DNA from: Zygnema circumcarinatum SAG 698-1b
Taxonomy: Eukaryota; Plantae; Zygnematophyceae
Length of the DNA stretch: 5,280 nt
Assembly: GCA_037447605.1 (NCBI GenBank)
Contig: JBBHKD010000066.1
Location: 1-5,280 of the forward strand
Reading direction: 5' to 3'
This document shows positions 1 to 5,280 of this stretch, piece after piece. The first letter of the stretch is position 1. Each line of letters opens with the position of its first letter. A program made the position numbers and the translations under genes. The notes beneath the pieces are model-generated. The model did not search any database. It was not told the origin of the DNA and worked only from the letters and a program-made list of their open reading frames with translations.

Positions 1-315
1 TCAGTTACGTATTGCTGGCGCCATACGTCATTCGGCTAGCTTTGCTCCGCCCCGTGGCTCCCTCGGTAGCACCGGTGCCTTGATGGTGCCGTTGACGTAC
101 CCCAACAGTCCCTTGCCCACGAGCAAAGGGACCAGGCGCCATCTCCACCCCTTGTAGTCTTGACCGTCGAATGCGGGAATGCTGAACTTCACGTGGTCCT
201 CGTCGCCACCATTGGCTCTGATACCACTTGTTGGAACGTGGATCTGCTCACTGCTCCCGGCGCCACCTCGCGTGTCGCCCTCCATTGGAACTCCGGTTCC
301 CACCGATGAAGACAT
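1..315 (-). pseudogene. gag: Copia Gag N-terminus (Retrotran_gag_3/DUF4219-like), interrupted by stops
   Basis: The translation KFSIPAFDGQDYKGWRWRLVPLLVGKGLLGYVNGTIKAP fits the copia gag pattern F-D-G-x-[DN]-Y-x-x-W...L...L-x-G-Y-V-x-G-T-x-x-x-P. In-frame TGAs occur at 28-30 and 1-3; the first falls where a Trp (TGG) is plausible (KLAE*R). In-frame ATGs are at 315-313 and 285-283; the ORF-track start at 321 is GTG. Confidence 0.85.
213..226 (-). other. Primer-binding site complementary to the 3' end of plant initiator tRNA-Met
   Basis: The plus strand TGGCTCTGATACCA is identical to the last 14 nt of plant tRNA-iMet (...UGGCUCUGAUACCA-3'). It lies 2 nt from the LTR-terminal CA. Confidence 0.95.
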
Positions 316-317
316 CT

Positions 318-348
318 TCACTCTCTCTCACTCTATCTCACTTCACTC
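318..348 (-). repeat. GA/CT-rich low-complexity tract in the LTR leader
   Basis: Plus strand TTCACTCTCTCTCACTCTATCTCACTTCACT; such tracts are common in plant LTR R/U5 regions. Confidence 0.7.
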
Positions 349-440
349 ATAGCCCATAACTCACAGAATGAACGCAGAGACGTGCACAGCGGAAATCACC
401 CACGAGAGAGTATAGGAGAAGCTCACGGCTCTAAAACTCC

Positions 441-449
441 TTTATAATA
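441..449 (-). promoter_or_regulatory. Likely TATA box of the Copia LTR promoter
   Basis: The minus strand reads TATTATAAAGG about 215 nt upstream of the LTR end, followed by a pyrimidine-rich CTCCTATACTCTCTC stretch compatible with a start site near 415. Confidence 0.6.
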
Positions 450-1271
450 AGAATGTCACCCACATGAAGTTCTCCCCTCTCACCTAGCTACTACTTCTCC
501 CTTACTCCACTACCTTGCGACTTCGCGGGGCAGCCCGGCTGCTGCAAGCGGTGAGCGAGAATAAGTCCGGGACTCTGATGGTCTAATGTGGTTATCCTTC
601 ATAACAAAGCTAAACCCTATATACGCCATGGCATTGCGTGACATCTTCCTTGTTGACCCGATGTCGTCGGCGCCCTCGTTCGACGGCAGTGCAGCGTTGA
701 CATCGGCTTTGCGGTCTTTGCGTAAACCTAAGCGTACCGACCTGAGTAGAATTAAAATTAGATGCGATTCGCGCCCATCCCGAACTTGTCGTCCGTTCGG
801 CCTTGAGAACTTCCGCCCGCCCACGCAAAATCCCGTGCCGTCCGCCCGCCCAGCCTTTAGCTATCTATATATTTCATTCTGGCGCACCGTACACATTAGC
901 GCCCGTCAGCAGCCAATCTCCGTCGTCGCATTTCAGCGCCCGTTCACACTTGTCAGCGTGGCTCGCGGCCTGGTCTCCTCCGTGATTGACCTGCGTCCGC
1001 GATCCAGCGGACCGCACTAAAATTCGACACGGTTCGCCGACATCACACCGACATCCTCAGCGCGTCTGGGCCACCGACATTTGTGACCGTATTTCACAGG
1101 AACACTATTGCTTGATCTCATGTTTCCCAACTGAGGACCACAACAATGTTAGTGTGAACCCGTACAATGTCTAACTATAGCACACTAACACTAACAATTG
1201 GCACCAACAACAACACATTGTTCAAACTCATGGAAGGATTTGGCTTAGGAAACGACAAGCAAGTTGTGCGC

Positions 1272-1284
1272 CATGCATGCATGC
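1272..1284. repeat. RY-type repeat (CATG)3
   Basis: CATGCATGCATGC is read directly; a further CATGCATG occurs at 1366-1373. Confidence 0.8.
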
Positions 1285-1305
1285 TGCCCCCATGCCCACG
1301 GCCCC

Positions 1306-1335
1306 GTCACGTCATGTGACGTCACATGACGTCAC
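1306..1335. repeat. 30-bp palindrome with a perfect 24-bp core carrying three ACGT cores
   Basis: GTCACGTCATGTGACGTCACATGACGTCAC; 1309-1332 is perfectly self-complementary, with one mismatch at 1308/1333. Confidence 0.95.
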
Positions 1336-1385
1336 CGCCGCCCCAAAGGCCGGGGTAGCCTTAGACATGCATGAGAAACCCTCTT

Positions 1386-1457
1386 GATGCAGCGGCGTTC
1401 TTAGCGAACATCACTGCATCCCGTCACACCGCCGGCCCAAGGCGGCTGGTGTAACGG
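1386..1457. repeat. Two adjacent imperfect inverted repeats (hairpins 1386-1420 and 1421-1457)
   Basis: GATGCAG..GTTC-TTAGC-GAAC..CTGCATC is immediately followed by CCGTCACACC-GCCG...CGGC-T-GGTGTAACGG. Confidence 0.8.
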
Positions 1458-2150
1458 CCGAAAGCGCCTCTTAGGTCTGTGCTTGCTTGGCGAGGAATCA
1501 CACACCCGGCACTCGAGGATTGTGAGAGAGAGCAAGAAGCTTCGAGGAGAGTATTACAGGCGAGGGGGTGCATACAGGAATGCGTGCGGTGGTTGTTGAC
1601 AGCAGTCACCCTGCATTACCCCACGCTTCCCGTTGAACCTCCCCTACCGGCATGGAGGATTGGAAGCGAGGTTGTCAATGGCGGTGAAGCGCCACGTGTC
1701 CCTCGACGCAGAATGGGTCCGAGGAAGGTGTACAGCGTCTGACGCTCACCGCATTCAGCGGTAGCGCGCTGCTGGCGTAGCGCGCGCCGCCCGTGCGTCG
1801 GTGCGGTGATGGGATCCTACAGCGGCGGGGCGCTGAGTCAGCCCGGCGGTCGCGTCCGTACCATCGGTAACCTGCCCGTAATTATGCGGGCGGCGGTTCA
1901 CGTTCCAAAGCGTAAGGAAGATGTGGTCGATTTACGTGATCCCTCGACCACATCGTATGACCATATATGTCTCGGTATGCAGCGCGCGCCAGACCCTTGC
2001 AACCGCCGCCCAAGGTTAGATCCCGAGGACCCTTCCCGTCCTAGGTGGTCCCTGACGCCTTGGCCACTCGGCCCGCGCTCGGGGTGAGAGTACTAGGACG
2101 GAGCGCGCCCTAAGTACACCTCCCGTGGGTGACTGTAGCGTTTCGCCACA
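1450..2150 (-). repeat. Gypsy 3' LTR (start certain; end at 1450 or possibly 1265)
   Basis: It begins TGTGGCG 3 nt after the PPT. Candidate end ...CGGCCGTTACA at 1450 gives 701 bp; alternative ...GGCGCACA at 1265 gives 886 bp. A TGTAA motif lies at 1558-1554 on the minus strand (a poly(A)-signal-like motif in green algae). The 5' LTR is not in the window to confirm. Confidence 0.65.
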
Positions 2151-2153
2151 TTA

Positions 2154-2163
2154 CTCCCCCCTT
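2154..2163 (-). other. Polypurine tract (plus-strand primer)
   Basis: The minus strand reads AAGGGGGGAG, then TAA, then TG; it lies 57 nt after the pol stop codon. Confidence 0.9.
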
Positions 2164-2220
2164 GTGAGGATGTGAACGCCCTCGTTCACGTGTGTGGGGT
2201 AGTAAAGGCAGCTCGTAGTT

Positions 2221-2498
2221 TCAACGGCCACCTTTGTTCGAGAACTCACGTGATAGCCCGGGGAGGAGCTCGGCCGATAATCGGTCAAGTCCCTTTCGAG
2301 TTCGCAGCGGGGGCGGCGGGAACCCCCGTGCCGCCCTGCGCCCGCTCTCTAGCGGCCTGCGCCTCGAGTACAAGTTGATGAGCTCTTGGCAATTGGTTAA
2401 GTTGCCCTCGGCTTCCCATGTGCTATGTTCAACCCCATAGCCCAACCACTTCACGAGGTATTCGTGACGGGAAGATCGACCCTTTCTCACAATACGGT
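2221..2498 (-). CDS. pol: Pol C-terminus: integrase chromodomain (2368-2498) plus a ~48-aa basic/Pro-rich tail
   Basis: RIVRKGRSSRHEYLVKWLGYGVEHSTWEAEGNLTNCQELINLY carries the chromodomain motifs YLVKW-GY and TWE-E-NL. The N-terminal aromatic residue is hidden by the N gap. Confidence 0.93.
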
Positions 2499-2508
2499 NN
2501 NNNNNNNN
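2499..2508. other. Assembly gap (10 N)
   Basis: Run of N; it sits where about 100 codons of the integrase GPY/F (SH3-like) module are expected. Confidence 1.
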
Positions 2509-2732
2509 TCAGTGCCAATATCGAAGGTGAGGTGAGCACGCCCGCTGTCAGCATAGGCCTTTTGTCGCGACTGGGCGGCTAGCAGAATCTGCCGTGCCCT
2601 CTACAGCGCCTCGGACATTAGCCGGACAAAAGATCTCACTACGGGAGGTTGATCCCCATCAGTGCCCCTCATGCGCCAAGGATCATTGGTTCTGTGGACG
2701 TCCATGTTCCACAGGTCAGGTGGCTGATCCTT
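2509..2732 (-). pseudogene. pol: Integrase C-terminal region with a premature stop
   Basis: PPVVRSFVRLMSEAL*RARQILLAAQSRQKAYADSGRAHLTFDIG matches the Gypsy AQ-RQK-YAD...R...F-VG motif. TAG at 2601-2603 is probably from CAG. Confidence 0.9.
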
Positions 2733-2900
2733 NNNNNNNNNNNNNNNNNNNNNNNNNNNNNNNNNNNNNNNNNNNNNNNNNNNNNNNNNNNNNNNNNNNN
2801 NNNNNNNNNNNNNNNNNNNNNNNNNNNNNNNNNNNNNNNNNNNNNNNNNNNNNNNNNNNNNNNNNNNNNNNNNNNNNNNNNNNNNNNNNNNNNNNNNNNT
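2733..2900. other. Assembly gap (168 N)
   Basis: Run of N occupying the position of RT, RNase H and the integrase core. Confidence 1.
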
Positions 2901-3537
2901 CCTTAGTGGCTGCCATGACATGCACCATGAACAAGGTGCAACCCTCCTTAACTGCTTTGGCCAATTGCATAGCCGAGCAGAGATAAGGATTATCAACCTG
3001 CGCGATCGCAGTGGGTGTGGTTTTGCCAGGGTGCAGTGTGATGCGCCTATCCCCACTGTGCAGAATACAGTGTGGGATGGAAAAGTCCAATTGGGCTTTG
3101 ACCATGGTTAACCAAGCACTCCCTAAAATAACATCCGTTCCAGTGGCCAGTTGTGTCAGAAGGCACTTCACCGCCCCGGAGTAGGATTGGAGCTTGATCT
3201 TGAGTGTGACGCTACCAGAGATCTGGCCCTTGCGTCCATCCCCGAAAGTAACACTTTCCGAATGGGGATCTGTGGTCAACTTAAACCGCTGGGTGAATGC
3301 AGAACTAACAAAGTTAGCATCTGCCCCAGTATCTAGCAGTAGAACTGCTGGGTGGCCATTGGCTGACCCGATGAAGGTCATTGCACGATGGGCAAGATGG
3401 AACATGGATCGCACTATATGCGAGGGGTGAGGACGAGCCGTCCTCCACACCAAGGTGTAGGGGGATCCAACCAGTGAACTGGTGGATCCTTCCATCGTTT
3501 GCACCAGCTTATGCCCTTTTCTCAGCTGTTTCACCAA
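2901..3537 (-). CDS. pol: Gypsy Pol N-terminal part with retropepsin-like aspartic protease (~3090-3375)
   Basis: TFIGSANGHPAVLLLDTGADANFVS has the catalytic DTG at 3333-3325, followed by VTFGDG and the closing DVILGSAWL motif (3135-3109). The frame is open into the gap. Confidence 0.93.
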
Positions 3538-3760
3538 CCGCCAGGTGGCGTTGGGAAAAGTCTGGCGCCAAGTCTTTGAGGAACGGCCACGTCACGACAG
3601 GATGTGGGAAGTATCATAAAGAGGAAACAGAGCATCCATGGCACATCTCATCAAGACATCATTCCCCTTAACATTTGAGGTGAAACATGCCAGCGACGCG
3701 CATCATTACATCCATAAACACAGAGTCACCCGCGATTGGCGAGAAAAAGGACATGGAATC
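3430..3760 (-). pseudogene. Extra domain between gag and protease, tentatively a decayed N6-adenine DNA methyltransferase-like domain
   Basis: The protease frame continues upstream through one TGA (3594-3592): CASLACFTSNVKGNDVLMRCAMDALFPLYDTSHILS*RGRSSKTWRQTFPNATWRLVKQLRKGHKLVQTMEGSTSSLVGSPYTLVW. The pattern resembles what I recall of MTase-like inserts in green-algal Gypsy polyproteins. No NPP[FY] catalytic motif is present, and this is unverified. Confidence 0.35.
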
Positions 3761-3831
3761 GGGAAGCGCATGACACACAGCGAGATCGTGCACCCCAAGG
3801 TCTGCCAACAAGTTAAGAATGTCGAGTGGAC

Positions 3832-4600
3832 CTAAACCCACCAAGGCCATAACATTGGCCGGCCGGTTGTTCTCCCATCCCCTAACTGCCCCCACTCCAC
3901 GGCCGGCCGACTCCTAAAGCTGCTGGTGGGTTGGAACCTCGGCCTTGCCCTTCTTTGTCCTTGGAGTTCGAGGGCGTCAGGACACTTGTGCCCCTCGCTA
4001 GCGGCGTGAAACACTTGTTCTCGGCGCATCTTCTCATTCCTCACGAATTGACCTGCGGTAGATGCGGTGGGTGGGCGGGCAGCCACTTCGAGGCGCTGGC
4101 GGCTTATTCTTTCTGCCATCTTGGCGGTGAGGTCAGCCTTCCACGACCATCCGTCGCCCGACCTGTGGGGTGTTCGGGAAAATTTTGCTCGCTGCGGTGG
4201 CGTCAAGCCCGAATAGGTACGCATCAAAATGCACATTTCGAGTGTGAGGGTCCCACCCGGTTTTGGTCAGGTGGGTTAGTCGCTATTTGCTTCCTCAGTG
4301 TGGCTTCAAGCCATTCGAAGTGGAAAAGAACTTCGACTGTCCGGGGCTTGTGGTGGTGATTTGGGGCACCACTTGTCGCGAGTCTCCTTGGCCTTTGCTT
4401 GGTATTTGCCGGTTTGGACCATGTTAAGAGCTTATCCGGGGCCTCCAAGCGAGATCGAGCCCCAAAGTGTTTGATATGTTCATCTCACGAACTTATCCCC
4501 GATCGTCCCAATCTCATCGAGAGGAGGCACTCATACACGGTATCGCGGCTCCTCACAGTCTTTGAATTAACAAAGCTTACCTTCCCGGAGGGAGCAGGTT
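3832..4600 (-). pseudogene. gag: Gypsy Gag remnant (capsid-like region and possible decayed zinc knuckle), several frameshifts and stops
   Basis: Joining frames gives DTVYECLLSMR...ISS*DEHIKHFGARSRLEAPDKLL/NMVQTGKY (frameshift near 4425), then EVLFHFEWLEATLRKQIATNP, resembling the Retrotrans_gag W-EF...A...L..L-QTG motif and the F..GL...LR motif. ENKCF/AASEGHKCP at ~4020-3979 looks like a broken CCHC knuckle. Confidence 0.6.
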
Positions 4601-5280
4601 GAGTGTAAGAGGTAACCGCCGTTTGACCCAACCTTTGCTCAATCGGCGGTCGTAGTGGATGTTAAGCCCCAAAGGAAAAGGGGCCACCTTGGCCAGGTCG
4701 ATGGGGCATCCCCTCGATGGGTTAGCGGGGCGGTCAGGGGCGGGATCTCCCCTCGCCGCCGGCAGGCCCCGCCCCCGACGGGGGTCCCCGCTGTGGGTGG
4801 TTAAGCACCCCCATGGGGCTTCCCAGATGGAAAAGCGAGAGTCGGACTCACCCCCATTTGCCAGAAGCGGCCGGTTGAAGGCGTCGGAGACTGACGACGC
4901 CACGGGTGGCTTGCCCCCAGCCCCTTCGGGGCACGATAAATCCACTTGCCTCTACGGCTGAGGGGGGTTGAGGCATACCTTCTTCGATCCTCGGGCTTTA
5001 TTAGAAAGGCTCGGGAACTCCACATTTGGGCGTGTCTAGCGGCCGGACCGTGAGAAGCTCCATGTCGTCCACGCACCGTCACGAGGCCATGGTGGCGGCA
5101 GCGGCTAACTTTACGACATCGCTCCCGGTTAAATTCGATCTTCTTCTTCATCTTTAGAGCCTTACGGTAATGTGGGCCCGTCCTTAGGATCGGCCGGATT
5201 ACTGCCGAGGAGCAGCGGCTCATTGGAGCGGAGGGCGGCGATCGCCGGGCTCGACGCCCAGTCATCCGTGGGTTGAGACT

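Larger units (their letters stand above)
1..1209 (-). mobile_element. Ty1/copia LTR retrotransposon, 5' portion (5' LTR, PBS, start of gag); runs off the left edge
   Basis: The minus strand reads ...TTCCAACA-AG-TGGTATCAGAGCCA, the canonical LTR end plus tRNA-iMet PBS, followed by a copia-type gag N-terminal motif. The far boundary at 1209 is tentative. Confidence 0.85.
229..1209 (-). repeat. Copia 5' LTR (3' end certain, 5' end tentative, ~980 bp)
   Basis: It ends CCAACA at 229 next to the PBS. The nearest matching start TGTTGG is at 1209 (plus CCAACA 1204-1209), giving 6-bp terminal inverted repeats. It contains a TATA box and a GA-rich leader. The partner LTR and TSD are outside the window. 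Confidence 0.55.
1450..5280 (-). mobile_element. Ty3/gypsy chromovirus LTR retrotransposon, degenerate; 5' end beyond the right edge
   Basis: Domain order on the minus strand is gag, protease, (gap), integrase C-terminus, chromodomain, PPT, LTR. Integrase last plus a chromodomain is diagnostic for chromoviral Ty3/gypsy. Confidence 0.92.

Noticed and set aside
258-265. Minus-strand TGGCGCCG resembling a tRNA-Lys/Tat-type PBS
   Set aside because: Too short, not preceded by an LTR-terminal CA, and the true PBS is at 213-226.
387-394. CAGCGGAA matches the D-arm of plant tRNA-iMet
   Set aside because: An 8-nt match is about chance expectation. It would matter only if conserved together with 352-366.
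742-761. Minus-strand branch point plus 3' splice-site-like sequence (CTAAT...TTCTACTCAG)
   Set aside because: The branch-to-AG distance is short, there is no convincing donor or downstream coding exon, and transcript data would be needed.
586-1020. 144-aa plus-strand ORF (also the minus-strand ORFs 510-824 and 610-828)
   Set aside because: No recognisable domain. They lie in repeat-rich putative U3, and ORFs of this size are expected in GC-rich DNA. The 510-824 frame looks mildly protein-like but has no ATG start or motif support.
1021-1460. CRISPR-like array or prokaryotic terminator suggested by short repeats and hairpins
   Set aside because: There are no regularly spaced identical repeats of 23 bp or more and no U-tracts after the stems, and the context is clearly eukaryotic retrotransposon DNA.
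1479-2087. Plus-strand ORFs 1479-1742 and 1806-2087
   Set aside because: Antisense to the Gypsy LTR, low complexity, no domain signature.
3810-3875. GQCYGLGGFRSTRH as a second zinc knuckle
   Set aside because: Only the first Cys fits CCHC spacing; too many changes are needed.
2594-4359. Plus-strand ORFs overlapping pol and gag (e.g. 2594-2986, 2920-3111, 3381-3671, 3931-4359)
   Set aside because: Shadow frames of the minus-strand retroelement coding sequence; some are open only because they cross N runs.
4922-4931. CCC-TTCG-GGG stable tetraloop hairpin
   Set aside because: The stem is only 3-4 bp in GC-rich sequence, which is expected by chance.
4577-5265. Minus-strand ORFs 4577-4945 and 4801-5265, and plus-strand ORF 4659-4961
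   Set aside because: Arg/Pro/Gly-rich translations without motifs. The region is probably decayed gag N-terminus or leader, but no single frame can be supported. No PBS or 5' LTR copy was found here.

Overview
Eukaryotic, most likely green-plant-lineage, DNA made almost entirely of two decayed LTR retrotransposons, both on the minus strand. (1) Positions 1-~1209 are the 5' end of a Ty1/copia element: a 5' LTR ending ...TTCCAACA at 229, a 14-nt tRNA-iMet primer-binding site (213-226) and a gag N-terminus with in-frame stops. (2) Positions ~1450-5280 are a Ty3/gypsy chromovirus: frameshifted gag remnant, an extra ~100-codon segment, an intact-looking aspartic protease (LLLDTGA), an N-gap where RT/RNaseH/integrase core should be, the integrase C-terminus with a premature stop, a chromodomain, a polypurine tract and a 3' LTR starting TG at 2150. 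Between them is a ~200-bp palindrome- and hairpin-rich segment (1265-1457). No host gene, RNA gene or CRISPR is supported. The best leads are a possible decayed DNA adenine-methyltransferase-like domain between Gypsy gag and protease, a second tRNA-iMet-complementary site in the Copia LTR, a gag frame that opens inside the LTR, and a phased triple-ACGT palindrome. All family assignments are by-eye motif recognition; no searches were run.
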